DNA from: Lophium mytilinum
Lineage: Eukaryota
DNA: 64,000 nucleotides
Assembly (NCBI GenBank): GCA_010093605.1
Contig: MU004194.1
Coordinates: 192,156-256,155, forward strand
Reading direction: 5' to 3'
Under the pieces are notes generated by a model. That model had not been told where the DNA came from and ran no database searches. It saw only the letters and a list, made by a program, of their open reading frames with translations. Below, one piece after another: positions 24,271 through 38,208 of this stretch. Made by a program: the position numbers and the translations under genes. Position 1 is the first letter of the stretch. Each line of letters begins with the position of its first letter.

Positions 24271-25207
24271 TTAGTCCCATGACCACCAAAATTCGAGTCG
24301 CTCTGCTTTCAGGTTTCTCAGTCCCTCTATTCGTTATTCCGATAGTCAGTCGCACCTGGAACAAGCGCGAGTCCCCAAGGAACGTCGTTGTTAGGTTCAA
24401 AGTGATACTCCTACAAGTCCTCCGTACCGGGGTATATGCCCCACGTACGACAGGATTCGTGGAAAGCCTTTTCTCCACCAGCAATGTATCAAAGCTCAAG
24501 GTTTTGATCACGTTGGTCGCCGTTCTAAATGTGCTGACTGTTCTCTAGGTACTGCCAAGGCTATGGGCGCAACCCCGGCAATGGTCGTGTATTTGCCAGG
24601 AACAACTGGTAGGTAGATACACTCCTGTGATGTGTGAACGTAGTGAAAGGAGGCTCTCCGTCAGATGAAATGATGTCATATCCATGCAGTAGCGAGAATT
24701 TCTGGCTTTGTTATCTCGTAGACTATGCTTTGCACTGGTCAGAAACCCGAGCAAGTCATAAGGGGAGAGATTTTAGGTTCCAAGGTTCTGAGACATATAT
24801 GGGCGGAGGTTTGTGAAAGGGTGAAGTCAAAACCGTGTTAAAATATGTGACAGCGTTCCTATTCATGTGGTGTAGCCAACGGTCGATTTGAGCCAACACG
24901 ATTAATCCCGCAAATCCTGTACGCGAATTTTGATGTCCATGATCTTCTCTTATTGACATGAGGACGGAGTCCGAGCTGGAGCTAGAAAAGGTGTATTGAA
25001 GTCTTGTCGAACTTCTAAGCTATAAGTGTTTCTCGAATGCAGCTGAGAAGTTATCGTCATCGGAAGCAAGGGATAGTCTTGAGAAAGGTCTTAGCACATT
25101 CATCGTATATTGGCGTAGTCTTCTGGGAAATAGTACTGAGGATGGATAAATACCGCTATCCATGTCCAGCCCCACCACACGCTTGGGTCGAAGTCCTGTA
25201 TCTTCAT

Positions 25208-27847
25208 TCACCGACCAATCATGCTGCGGCTGACCGGCCCATTGGCTTGTGCGTCTGCCAAAGGTGATCTAATTCGTCTTCTCTTTGACGAGGTGTCAGT
25301 AGTGTCTTCTCGTATGCGTTTACCCCCGATCTTTTGCCGCGTTTCGTGTGCAGAAGACATCGGTGGTGTGGGTAGAACAGAGGCGCACTGTTGTGTTAAG
25401 AATGACTCCAGAAAAACATCGGTGTCCGCACGAACCAAAACTGGCAGCGCTTTGGACGTTTTGGAAGCTCTAATACCAAGTCCCTGGGTGCTGCAAGCGT
25501 CCACGGAAAATCCGGTCATCGATTGTGAGCATGACGACTGAGTAGCTGATGCTGGTGGAGTTTCCTGGGAACTTCTGGTCGTTGTTCGCTGGGTGGTCCT
25601 GTTGGTTTGCTGTGAAATACTGAACCGTTCTTGGTACCTGGAAATGCGTGCGAAGACATCCGCAGCAATACCATCAGAGACCACATCAGCTACAGGCATA
25701 CCTAGAGCCTCCTTCGCCATCCGAGCTAGTTCCTCCATACACACAGCATCTTTCCACGTTCGGTCTCTATGTATCTTCGTGATTCGTGGATGTCTTAGCA
25801 TGAAGAATGGCTCGTTGGAAGGCTTATCGTATCCGCTTCCTAGAACTTCGACCACGAACGGTTCTTTGAACGCTACTTCCATTGGCCGATCATAGCCATA
25901 GTTCTTGACTATATCGAAAGGTTGAAGTTCATGACCCTCTAGATACTCTACAGAGTGGAAATGGCCATGCTGATTGAGATGGGCGAGGTCTGCTTTCGGG
26001 ATGCAGCTCTCCGACTTGATGACCGCGACGATTTTGAATCTGGGTTTCCCTCCAAAACGGACAGAGTCCCTGTTCGTCAAGCAGCCAAGATAGAAATCTG
26101 TCCAACGTATCGATCTGCCCATTCCAGTCTTCAACGCCAGCATCGAGTCATACCGAGCGCCAACAACTGCAAAGTCGCCAACGTCTTTAGAGCCCCCCAT
26201 ATCCGCAAGATAATCTTTTTTTAACTTTACGAAGTAATTCGGAAGCCATTCCCCATGCAACGCCTGGAGAGGAAAATACGGGGAACAAGCAGGCTTTAGG
26301 ATATAGCCTTCATGTTTGAGCGCCAGTGCGCGTGCAAATAAATCCTTCAACTCTTCGGCTCCGGTTGATCTGAAATCTAGTAATGTCCATTCTGAACGCA
26401 TGGCTCGTCCTGGGATGTATCTCACGAGTCTCCTCAACACATCCCGGCGCAGTTGTAGGCCTTGGCTTATAGTAATATCCTCGTCGAGAAGAAGAACATC
26501 GAAGAAAACTATCATGAGATGTTCATAGTCATGACACTGTGAGTCTCCAAGAGCACCCATGAATGAGCCTGATCGGGAGACGTGCTTGCGAATCTTGTGA
26601 AACTCCAAGATTTTCTGCTCTCGATCGCTGTACACAACAAGCTCGCCGAGCAATATGCATTTTGACTTGACTAGGCAGTCTGGCGTTCCTATTCGAAGGG
26701 CCGCTTTGATAACACTATCTGCAATCAGTGTGATACCATTGGTACGTACTTGGAATGTGTTGCTTACCTCTGTAATGCACGACGATCCTGTGTCGAGTCC
26801 TTGCCACTTTTCGAAAAGATCTGGATACAGTTATTCCCTTTCTCCAGGTTTACGTGGATCTCGCAATATTCTGATAAGCTTTAGACTTTTGTTGAATCAA
26901 CGCTATTTTAAGCCGATCATTACTTACCGCCATCATATTTGACATCAGCCAGCCATACGCGTTGGCCTAACATTTCAAAACAGTTCTTCCAAGACTGTCA
27001 CGGAGATTAGCAAGATATTGTATTACCGAGACGACTGACTCACCCATGCTTTGCGGAACCGAGGCCTTCCGACTTTCACTCCAACTGTAGGGCGTAGGTG
27101 TTTTGACGCTTCAATCCGCAATAATTTCTGGAGTCCTATGTCAGGCTTGGAGTCGTAACAGCTCAGAGGACCCTTGAGCAAATCGAATACAGCCTCGAAA
27201 TCGTCCTGGAAATGCAGCAATTCTGGCAGGAGGAAATGATATTGAGTCAACACCAATTTCTCGTCTAAGGCCACTGTACTGAATTGTTGCAGTATCACGC
27301 GCAGGAACCATTTAATTTCCCAGGACCGCATTTTGATCAAGACTCCTTGGAGTATTTTGTCCGTATCCACACTGAAGTTCCGTCTCGATCTTATGACCGG
27401 ACTAGAGAAATGACACTTAGCAGCTAATTGCTCTAAAACATCGAGGATTTTGTCGACGGTGATAGGATCTCCCATTAAAGAGCCGTCCCACTCTTTTGTT
27501 GCACGTTGTGCACATGCCGGCATATCATCATTACCCCGTTCGCTATATTTGTAAAGCTGGGTAATTTGAGGTGGTCTGAACCTCATCAAGGTGGAAATCT
27601 TTTTGGCAAGCTTCGCCTCTTGCATCCCATACACCATATCTTTCCGGCGTTCCGGAAAGAGAATCGAGAGAATGGCGGGTCCGTTGGTAATAGGCTCCAT
27701 AAGCGTACCTCGATGTTTAGCGAACCATTCCACTATGATGGCTCTTCTTCTCTGGTCTGCACGGACTCTCGGAAGTGGGGGTTCGCGCTGTGTAACCTTT
27801 TCGAGGTTTTCAAGTACTTGACATACTTCGCTGAACTTGAACGCCAT
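25208..27847 (-). CDS. ATP-dependent DNA ligase of the fungal Adl1-like class, no BRCT; 4 exons (27847-27044, 26994-26928, 26870-26768, 26714-25208)
   Basis: Splicing rebuilds motif I DVKYDGEYCEIH and IFSKSGKDST; motifs LGELVVY, FFDVLL, EGYILKP, VKLKKDY and LRHPRITKIHRDR; N-terminal DNA-binding domain with YGMQE. Confidence 0.92.
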
Positions 27848-29046
27848 AGTGTCAAGACTGGTTTATTCGGTTCCTCGAGACGGAAATGGCGCTTTTCAGT
27901 TAGTATTGTATGGTTGATAGAGAATATACTAGTAGATGGTTGGCGTGAAGTGAAATATTTGCAGGTGCCTAGCAATAGTACGAAAGGTGAGAGAAACGTG
28001 CCCCGGGATGAGCTTTGAGGTCACAGCAACTCTTGACGCCAGTCTGTAGTAATAGCGCTGACTTTTAAGTGAGATGAAAACCCAATGTGTGTGAAAAAGC
28101 CGGAGTGTTCAAAAGGTAGAGGAAGGTCTAGGTGGTCGTATTTCTGCTCGAGTTCAACCACTTCGGGAGGAAATTGTCAGGAATCTATTGACAAGGGCCT
28201 AGGGACTCAAATATCCCACGTCAATTCGAGATATCTCTGTATAGTTTCACTGATTTGAGACTAAGGGGCCGTTTTCTTCGTTTGATTTTGTGGCCAAAGT
28301 CGGGGTTAGAACATAGCCAGGGAAACCCCACAGTCAAGACCGGTCTAGACTGTGCTAGATGAAATAGCATGGCCAGAACGCTCCGAGCTGGAGGAGCGCT
28401 GGCAACGGTCGTTGAGTCTTGAAGGTGATCGTTTGAAGTCTTCTGCCTCGTCCTGCTCCAACCCCGACTTGTATCGTTCAGAAGAGAACCATGTGCGCGA
28501 AGCGATGATGAAGTAAAAGGTATGATGAGTGATATTGGTATACTCAAAGTAATGTTTGATGGCTATTAAACAGAGAAGTGGGGGGAGAGTCTTGGGATGG
28601 AAAGATGAGAGATGCGATGATTGTTGTGATAATAAAACGCGCCGCGATCGGCTTTGTCTTCTCCCAAAGAAAGCACGCTAGCACACGCCATCACCTGCTC
28701 ATCCTTCTCGGGACGCGTTTCTTTCATCCTGAGTGCCTTCCATCGAACAATTGCCCCGTCGCCGCTTTCACACTGGAAGACTATTGAGGCGAAGACGCAA
28801 ATAATCGAACAAAGGCACGCTCAATGCCTGTCCACACCGCTTCATCCGGCTGCCAGACGTCATCATTCCAGTCACCGCGCAACTAACCTACATGCATCTA
28901 GATTGCATGCGCGCGTCGAGCTGAACAGCATTCTCTTTGTTTGCAACTGCGCCCACTAACTTACAGCGTCATTGAATTAACAATAGCCAGCTCCCTTCAA
29001 CCTCTACCCACCTGCCTGCCTTCGATCCTCACCACTAACACCTACA

Positions 29047-29926
29047 ATGGCTGATTCGGTCCCGGAAAAGAAGGAATTGAAGAGGCTCGATCTCATCACT
29101 CGCGGCGACCACGGCAGCACCCCCTTAGGCTCTGCCCTCTTCGTCGCCCTGCGCGCTCTCGACCCTTTGCTCCAATACCAGATTTTCGCAAACGGGTTCG
29201 GCACAGCCCTCCTGCATGGAATAGGCCTCTCTACTGTCCCTCAAGGCCTCCCGGTCCAAACCGGCCTCGCTCTTGTTGACTGGTTGGGGCTCTCACCATA
29301 CCGGCTATTCCTATTTGGAATGGCAGTTGGAAGCATGCTGAAGCAAAACATATGGCTGCTATTCATATCTAAAGACCCCATGCCCGTACCAGCCTCTCTC
29401 GCCATCTCCTCTTACAACACTATCCTCAACAGTCTAAATAATTATCTCTTCCTCTGCACCGCCACCTCCGCTTCTCTCTCGGGCAATGCGAAATTCCCTC
29501 AGCTCCCGTTGATTATTGGTGGGACAATGTATGTCGTTGGCATCTTGACCGAGCTGGTCGCTGAGATTCAACGCGCGGCATTCAAAAGGGACCCAAAAAA
29601 TAAGGGAAGGGCATATACTGGCGGATTGTGGCAGGTAGCGCGGCATGTCAACTACACGGGTTACTCGCTTTGGCGAGCTGGCTATGCCATGGCCGGTGGT
29701 GGGTTCACGTTCGGCGTGCTTGTAGCGTCTTTCTTGGTGTTCGATTTCACGACGAGAGCCGTTCCAAACGTGGATGAGTATTGCACGAAACGAGTGAGTA
29801 ACCCTCCATTCTCGTAAGTGGCATCTAATTGAATGTCTGCTGATAAGCTGGGTGCCACAGTATGGCCAAGACTGGGTTGACTTCAAGATCAAGGTTCCTT
29901 ACAAGATACTGCCTGGTATCTATTAG
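29047..29926 (+). CDS. DUF1295 / steroid 5-alpha-reductase-like membrane protein; 2 exons (29047-29792, 29861-29926)
   Basis: ELVAEIQRAAFKRDPKNKG..YTGGLWQVARHVNYTGYSLWR; spliced end YGQDWVDFKIKVPYKILPGIY*. Confidence 0.9.
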
Positions 29927-30577
29927 GTACGACATATGCAGCTTTTCCTGTGTATGAGAGCTAGTCATCGATGAGAAGGACTTTGGTAATGGTGAAGAAA
30001 ACTGACACACTTCCTCTGCCGTAAGCGGTTTCAAAATGTTAAATCGTACCATCAGGTACTTCTAATACCAACTTCAATATGAGTATTCCTCATTGAACAA
30101 CGTACAGATGATGGCGCCGTCTCTTTCCCAGTGAAACAAGCTTTTCAGCACCCAGCATATCATGCAAATTGTACCTGCAAGGCTGAACTGAAAGACAAAC
30201 TAGTTTCTTTCGGTTGCTACTACATAAATTACTCCTTTTATACCTCACTGCAGGGACGAAAATATGTGGATTGCCTATACCACGATCCTGGCTTGATTAC
30301 TAAAACCCTGATTTAGATTATTTCTCAAGCTACATATGATGATGTAATCCTCTAGCGCCACACTCTTCACCTAGCCGATTGGTACGTCGACTCTTGAATA
30401 ATTTAGTACCAGCTATTGAAGCTTACGCAGCGCCTGTGCTTATAAATAATCCAAGCTGGAATATCACGGTGAAAGGAACTTGCAATTTCGCATGTTGTTT
30501 TTGCTACAATGTTATAGCTTCATGACTCTTGAGCGACGTACCTAGGTATCCAGTTTGGCACGGTCGATACATTGAAA

Positions 30578-32307
30578 ATGGCTTCCGAAACCCTTGCACA
30601 TCGTCCTAGAAAGAAAAGAAGGCATTATTCCATTCCAGATTCCCCAGAATCCGACTTGGAGGAGGGTGAGGTTCAATTCATCACTGTCAGCCACCCATCT
30701 CAGCTCAAAGGGAAATCGGCGCAGAAAATAATACGGAAACATGTGATGGGAGAGGTTGCAAAGGCAAAACGACGAGGTCAAAGAACGCTTCAAAATCCTC
30801 CTACTCAATCGTCTCCGATGGGTAGAAAGTCCAGGAAAGATCCCCCCCTCTCATGGTTAGGGGCAGGGGAGGTCGACCCGTTTGTAAAATACCCAATTGA
30901 GCTGGATAAGTCTTCTCGTGCACTGGTCGCAAATAGTAAGTAACACTTTTTCGAACCAGTTCATTCCGTGTTTCCACGTAGTTGTTCTTGTTCGTCTACA
31001 TCTACCCGTCAAGATGCCAAAAGATTCCTCCTAAACACCAGAGGCTGATCCAATACTGATATGGCCTCAAGTTTTCCGAGGTGGAGGATCCGCACAAAGG
31101 GCACTCCGGACTGCATGGTACTCTGTCGGCTTGTTCGACTTCGCTGCGTTTCATCTTGTCCTCTCCAATTCGGCGCTAGCAATCCAAATGCTGCGCAACG
31201 GTTTAGATTTTATCAAAGACGAAGATTTCGAGGGCTTGAAGCATCATGTAATAGCTACTCGGTCAATCAATGCGAGACTTGCGAGTCCAGATCATCGGAC
31301 AAGTGATGGAGTAATAGGTGCAGTCACGGGACTTGTATGCCATGACGTAAGTCACAGACAGCGATACCTGAGCATATCTAACAGCTCCAGTATGTGTGTG
31401 GGCTATATGATCGGTGGAGGATACACGTCAACGGCCTCAAAGAGCTTATTGCCCTGCGAGGCGGGATTCACACCATCAAACGAGAAGATTTGAGGGACAC
31501 GATTACTTGGTATGCATTTTAAAATGTCCCAGTCTTTCGTCCAAGAACGTTATTTCTAACCACGAGTCTTCAAGGGTCGATCTCTGCGGCGCATACTGCC
31601 AGGACATACCCCCCAGCTTTCCCACACCTCTATCCTGGAAAAGCCACTCAAGAGCTTTCTCCTCGCTCCTCCCTGACTTAAAAATCTCCTCCCCGCCCAC
31701 CACCACCTTCAAGCAACGCATGTACCAGCACCCAGAAATCATCAGCATATTCGACGATCTCAAAGCCTGTACCGCCCTAACATCGTACGAATCCGAACAC
31801 CTCGGTGTCGACTACTGGTTAAAGTCGACCTTTGCGCCGTACGGCGCGTGGACGAATCCTATGATCCACAGACTCCTTACTCTAAGGCCGCTCAGTTTAA
31901 AAAGTACGCAGGAAGCCGTGATTGCGGAGGTGTGCCGTGTCGGTGGGCTGCTCTATATTGCGCCCATCTGGCGCAAATTCGGGGCATCCCCGGCTCGCAC
32001 TACTGATCTAATAAAGCATCTTGTGAGTACGTTGGAGACGTATGTTGTGGATTGGGGCGAACTGCGGCCGTTCTTGCATTGGGCGATGTTTTTCGGATGC
32101 CTTGAAGCGCCGGCTGGAGACGAACGCGATTGGTTCCTTTCTAGGATTGTGAAGTTGATGATGTCGTTAGGAGTGAAGTGGGCGGACTATATCGCGGCTG
32201 TCAAAGGAGTGATGTTTACTAATGAAGTTTTCGCGGGAACGGACGAGCTGATGAGGGCAGAGATCGAGGAGTTCTTGTCACGTGTGTCGAAGGTCAGTCT
32301 TGAGTAA
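30578..32307 (+). CDS. Fungal-specific protein with a transcription-factor-associated domain and no Zn cluster (often mislabelled 'tachykinin family'); about 4 exons
   Basis: FITVSHP...IRKHVM...KRR and LGAGEVDPFVKYPIEL motifs; DFAAFHLVLSNSA; HVNGLKELIALRGG; GT-AG introns near 30936, 31347 and 31510. Confidence 0.8.
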
Positions 32308-32566
32308 TGAAGTATTTGAAGGAAGAAACATGATCCGCTACATGATCATGCCATACAATGGCACATGAAAGCGCATACGTAGGATATCTTATGAAAGCCT
32401 GCCTCAATCCGAGATGGCCTCAAGACCCGCTTTTGCCGCTACGAACATGAAAATCTCGGGCACTGCGAAATTCCAGCATTTTCAACCCTCCCTAACCCAA
32501 CGCTATAATCGTGAACATAATTCCGTTGTCAAAGGCTCGTTGAAGTTTCGATGTAGCAAGCTTCGT

Positions 32567-33662
32567 TCACTTGCTCCTCTTGTAGATCTTCTTGAGGAAA
32601 GTCTCAAAGACCTCCTTCTTCAAGCCATCGGACTCGTCAACCTTGTCGATCTTGGCCCTGAGATCAGTAACGCGCTCTTCTTCCCACTGCTCGTAGAACT
32701 CCGCCAACTTCAACTCATGGTACAGTGCCTTGACCTTGGCCTCGCACTCGCTGTTCTTCTGGCCGTAGTTGTCCTCTAGGATCTTCTTCTGCTCCGGATT
32801 CACCTTCTTAAGGGCTTGATTGATCAACCATGAGCACTTGTTGTCCATGATGTCGGTTCCAATCTTGCCAAGAACTTTTGGGTCGGCGAAAGCGTCTAGG
32901 TAGTCGTCCTGTGCCTGGAAGTACTCGCCCATGGGGATCAAGATGTCCATTGCGGTCTTGAGGTTCTTCTCGGTCGCAAATCCGCAGAAGTGCAGAGAGA
33001 GCGCGACGGGCAAGTAGAAGCTGTAGTACGCTGTCTTGAAGATAACGATGAAGGTGAACTTCTCGAGGCTGAAGTTGCTCAGATCGACCTCGTCCTCGGG
33101 AGCGGTAAGCAGATCGCACAATTGGCCGAGCTCCGTCTGGAAAGTCACTTCGTGGAACAGCTCTATGAGATCCACGTAGCTCTTCTCTTGGCGGAAATGC
33201 TTCTTCAGCAGCACGTAGATGGACGCCTCAAGCATGAAAGCGTCGTTGATGGCGATCATCTTGACCTCAGGAACCAGGTACCAGCAAGGGGAGCCACGGC
33301 GGGTCTTGGACGAGTCCATGATGTCGTCTGAGACCAGGAAGAAGGCCTGGAGCAACTCGATCATCCATCCCAAGGCGGCGGATCGGAAATACTCCTCCCC
33401 AGTTAATTCCTTGTCCAGGAGCAGCGCGGAGGTGTCTATCACAGACATTCCTCGGTTGCATTTTCCTCCGACAGTGTTGTATTGAAGTTGCTTTGGCAGG
33501 GTCAATTCACGTGTTTCTGGTACACATGTGGGATCGGCAGGCACTCACCCTCCGGAACCAGTCAAGGGACTGTTGTGGGAGTTTGTAGGCCTTGCAATGC
33601 TCGGTCAGGTCTTCCAAGAGACGGGGCCAAACGCTCTCGAACTCCTTGAGGGTGGTAGGCAT
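32567..33662 (-). CDS. ERG20: Farnesyl pyrophosphate synthase; 2 exons, intron approx. 33492-33549
   Basis: [17 protein letters not shown] (first Asp-rich motif with type I aromatic residues), [20 protein letters not shown] (second motif), GKIGTDI, KIYKRSK end. Confidence 0.97.
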
Positions 33663-33979
33663 CTTGAAATCTGGATATGAGGGAATTCGGATGGGACAAT
33701 GGCTTGCTGGAGGTCAATTGAGTTCAGTCGACGGGATAGGCGGGCGTTTATATCTCAGTGCACGGTCGGTGTCAGACCGGAGTTCATACATTGTTTCATC
33801 GTGTCGGGGCTCGGCAAAACCCCTTCCGAACTCTGTTTTGATCCCCGCCATGGGGTGAATGACTGGACCTATTCACCGTCTGGCAAAGGCGACAACGCGA
33901 TTTCTTGAGACATAGACGCGGCATTGCGACACGCAATGATCCAGGAACCGAGTCCGCAATCTTACTTCAAACAACAACC

Positions 33980-36081
33980 ATGGGAACCCTCTCCGCGAGC
34001 GACGAGGCGCAATTGAAGGCCCAACTGCAGGACGCCGTCACTTCGTGCACCGATCGATGTCTATACCAATCAGCAAAATGGTGAGCTACGCTCGGGAGTC
34101 GATGCAAGCCAGCCAAAGACTAACGGGCTATGTGCTAGGGCAGCGGAACTTCTCACCTCATTGCCCTCGTCCGACCCAGCCTATGGCTCAGACACCGACG
34201 TGGACTCGCCCATGTCCGACGCAGCGCCGCCTCAAACTCCCACACACGCTATCCTCAAGGACCCGATTGAAGCTCGGTTAGAGGCGCGCGAGGTACATAA
34301 GTTCTTGCTAGCCAAGACCTACTTTGATTGTCGAGAATACGACCGCTGCGCTGCCGTCTTCCTGCCCAGCACCTTGCCGAAGGGGGCGGCGAACCCAGTC
34401 TCCCCCGAATCGAACAATTCTTCTGTAAAAGGGAAGAAGAAGCTCAGTACCCCTTCAAAAAGGCCCTCCTCGATAGACGCCATCTCGGGGCTCAGCCAGA
34501 AGGCACTATTCCTAGCTCTATATGCAAAATACATCGCAGGCGAAAAGCGCAAAGATGAAGATAGTGAAATGATATTAGGCCCTCAAGATGGCGGCGTCAC
34601 GTTGAATAAAGAGCTCAATGGCATCTCGACGATACTGGAAGACTGGTTCTCGAATCTGCCGGCGAGCGGTAGGCAAGGCCAAGGATGGCTAGAATACCTT
34701 TACGGCATCGTACTGGCGAAGGGCAAGAATGAGATTCTGGCCAAGAGTTGGTTCGTTCAAAGCGTGCATCTCTATCCTTACAACTGGGGTACCTGGCAAG
34801 AACTGTCAAGCTTGCTAGGCACTGTTGAAGAGGTAATCCACTCCTATTCCTGGTCTTCCTTCTTGAAACAACGCTAACTTGATATAGATGGCTCAGATAA
34901 CGGAGCAACTCCCGCAGAATCTAATGACTTTTGTGTTTCATGTTTACACATCGCAGGAACTGTATCAGGCTACGGAACAGGTCCACAACGAACTTTCTCA
35001 GATTGAAAGCATATTCCCTACGTCGGCATTTTTGAAGACCCAGAAAGCACTATTATTCTACCACACTAAGGACTTCGATGAGGCGGAGTCAATCTTCTCT
35101 GGGCTGCTCCAAACGGATCCTTACCGGATCGACTCGCTCGACAATTACTCCAACATCCTTTACGTCATGGGTCTCAGGCCCAAACTGGCTTTCTTAGCCC
35201 AGCTCGCGACTGCCACTGACAAATTCCGACCTGAAACATGCTGCGTTGTAGGTAATTACTACTCCCTGAAATCAGAGCACGAAAAGGCTGTCATGTATTT
35301 CCGACGCGCCTTGACACTCGACCGAAATTTCCTTTCCGCTTGGACGTTGATGGGCCATGAGTTTGTGGAAATGAAGAACACCCACGCTGCCATCGAATCG
35401 TATCGTCGAGCCGTTGATGTCAATCGGAAGGATTACCGAGCGTGGTACGGACTGGGCCAGACGTATGAAGTGCTGGAAATGCACAGTTATGCTCTCTTCT
35501 ATCACCAACGCGCCGCATCTCTCCGTCCGTACGACCCAAAAATGTGGATGGCTGTTGGCCAATGCTTTGGCAAGGTCGGAAAGTATCCAAACGGTATCCG
35601 AGCATACAAACGCGCACTAGTCGCTGGGAGCTACTACGACGCCGGTGCTGGAAGCAGTTTTGGAAGTCAAGAAGGTGTCTCGGGTCTCGGCGGAGGCATT
35701 CTCGATCCTGAGGTTCTATATCAGATCGCGCTCCTATATGAGCGTCTAAATGACATGCAAGAGTGCGCGGCTTACATGGAGCTGACCATCGCTCAAGAAG
35801 AGGGGCCGGATTCTGACGAGTATAACATCAACGCTGGAGAAGCGACCGGTGTTGGTGTTACACCTACCACGAGCAAAGCGCGCATGTGGCTAGCGAGATG
35901 GGAGTTTATGCGCGGTATGTATCAGCGCAGCATGGACCTTGCGAATGAGCTTTGTCAGGATGGCGTCGAGGTTGAAGATGCAAAGGCATTAGTAAGAGAT
36001 ATCAGGGCAAGAATGGAGAGAGAGAAAGACGAGGGTGCAAAAGCGGCCGTCCAAGCAGTAGGAAAAAAGGCGTTTGGGTAG
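33980..36081 (+). CDS. CDC23: Anaphase-promoting complex subunit 8 (Cdc23/Cut23); 3 exons (approx. 33980-34079, 34139-34832, 34888-36081)
   Basis: LYQSAKWAAELL, LAKTYFDCREYDRCA, TPR block DKFRPETCCVVGNYYSLKSEHEKAVMYFRRALTLD...AWTLMGHEFVEMKNTHAAI. Confidence 0.97.
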
Positions 36082-36571
36082 CCGTGTCCTCTTCAGCCAT
36101 GTTCAGTTCTTAGCGATGCATGGATGGAGTTCAGCGTGGAGGTATGGTTGATATTGATACCCCGTGCAGCTTAACCGAATTGAATCTTTACAACACTTCA
36201 TTACTTCTTCACGACCTGTACAGCTTGAAGGCCATCGACACGTTTACATAATACGAACATTGCAATTTGCGGTCTCTTCGAACCTTCACAAAGATGCCAA
36301 CCAGGAGATGGAATGCCACGTCAGTGAATTGGGCCGTATGAGATCCGTCAACAACCTCTAGCACGCGTACCACACAGGAGTCAGCCACAAAGTTAGTTAG
36401 TGAATGATGCCACTCTAATGATCAGCATATAAACTCCCCAATACCCGATCCCCCAACCCAGCATCATCGTCCACCTACCACTCTTTCCCCCGACCACTGG
36501 CAACCACCCATTAGGTCCACTTTCAATCGCCACACATCCTACCATACTCGATTTGAGTGTCGAAACACAGC

Positions 36572-38208
36572 ATGTCATCTACCAACCGTGGGCGCAGTGG
36601 TCGCCGTGGTGGCCGCAACGGATCAGGCGCTCCTCACAATGGACAAGGACAAGGCGACCCGGCAATCGCTGCCATGTACCGCGAATTAGGTCGTGTAAGG
36701 AAGGAATCGTTCAAAGTGTTCGCCCTCAGTCTCAAGATATTTCCTGGGGCCATGTGCAAGATTCCCGCGAAGAGTCTACCCAGAGGGAACCTTGACATGC
36801 AGACTTGGAACTGGGTTACATTCGGCGATGTAAGTTCCGAGCATTTTGAACATGACCGCAGCACTAACACTTAGTATAGGACGCTTATAGACAACGTCTT
36901 CGCATAAAACGCTCCGAAGAGCTAGGAGAACCATCCATGCGTATCAACTCAGTCTACGAGACTGATGCGTCTGAGGAAGTAGCTAAGCCGTATACCTTTG
37001 TGGGCTGCCGTGGGTTCAGCAAGATCATGTCGGTGAAGACTATGCGCTATCACAAAGGAAACCTGGACGTCCAGGTCCTCTTTGATGGGAGGTGGGTCCC
37101 CTTCTGGTTGTGGCTCGAAGATGTCGATTTTGACCCTCCAACTGGGAAGATCGGCTTTGATTTGCAGCGTGGATGGTGGAAAAGCACCGAAAAGACATTC
37201 AAGCTTTTGGAATTGCCTGCCGAACTGAGGAATGCCGTCTATAAGCATTCTCTAGGCTCCGAGATCTTTCCCTCCCACGAATCGAGTACCGATCCCGAGA
37301 CCGGCACGGAGACGATCCAAGTTGTACTAGGCCGGGGATGGACTGAGAAACTTGCGGATGGCAACACGCGCGACCCTCGCGAAGCCGGCGTCGACGCACC
37401 TAATCTTGCTCTAACTCAAGTGAACAAGCAGATTCGAGGGGAAGCACTTCACTATGCCTGGGAGCTGATGCCCAAGGTCTTCACCTCATCTTCCAAGCTT
37501 CATGAAATCGGTCGCGAGATGGACCAAGACCTCCCTTTCCAGAGCACCGGACACATAGTGCTTGACTTCCTCACGGTCGACTATATCAATTTCTTTGAGG
37601 TGCCATTACCTGGTCTCCATCCCCATCAGATCTTGTCCACACAGCCCCTCGGGTCCTGCTTGGACAAGGACCTACTACCGAATCTGAAGCACTTGGAGAT
37701 CAGGTTCCAGAGCACGAAGCTTGGCCCGGCCACCGATCCATGGGGCCGTACGGAGGATGGTTACATCAGGTTCGAGTCTTCGTTTCATACCGCGTGCCAC
37801 AAAGTCCTCATCGACTGGATCATGGTGTTCGCCGTTGGATACATCAAGCACATTCCTCGCGTTGAGCTAAAAGGCTACGTTAAGACCAGTCTAAAACAGA
37901 AGTGGGAGGCGATCTTAGCAGACGAGCGGAAAGGCATCGTACACGATCTCACTACGGAAAAGGCGGTGGTCCAGGCTCTGACTATCAACAATGTGTGAGT
38001 GTCATGACTTTCTCCCGGGACTCCGTTTGTAAATGGCTGCTAATGTTTCCGGGTTCTTAGGCCTCCAGCTTGCTACTGCACGAAACCGTGCCACTTCGAT
38101 GGCATGCAAAATATTGAAGCACGTCAGGGGCGAGACTGGGAACATGTCTTTCCCCAGAAGCATCGGATCGCCATGATGAACCATTACAGCTTCGACTTCA
38201 ATGACTAA
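36572..38208 (+). CDS. Hypothetical protein with internal F-box-like motif; 3 exons (approx. 36572-36829, 36880-37995, 38061-38208)
   Basis: FKLLELPAELRNAVY and LTQVNKQIRGEA motifs typical of ascomycete F-box-like proteins; splicing gives the tail PPACYCTKPC...YSFDFND*. Confidence 0.75.

Noticed and set aside
29047..33662. DUF1295 + TF-like gene + FPP synthase as a terpenoid or sterol cluster
   Set aside because: ERG20 looks like the housekeeping copy; no cyclase, P450 or transporter nearby.
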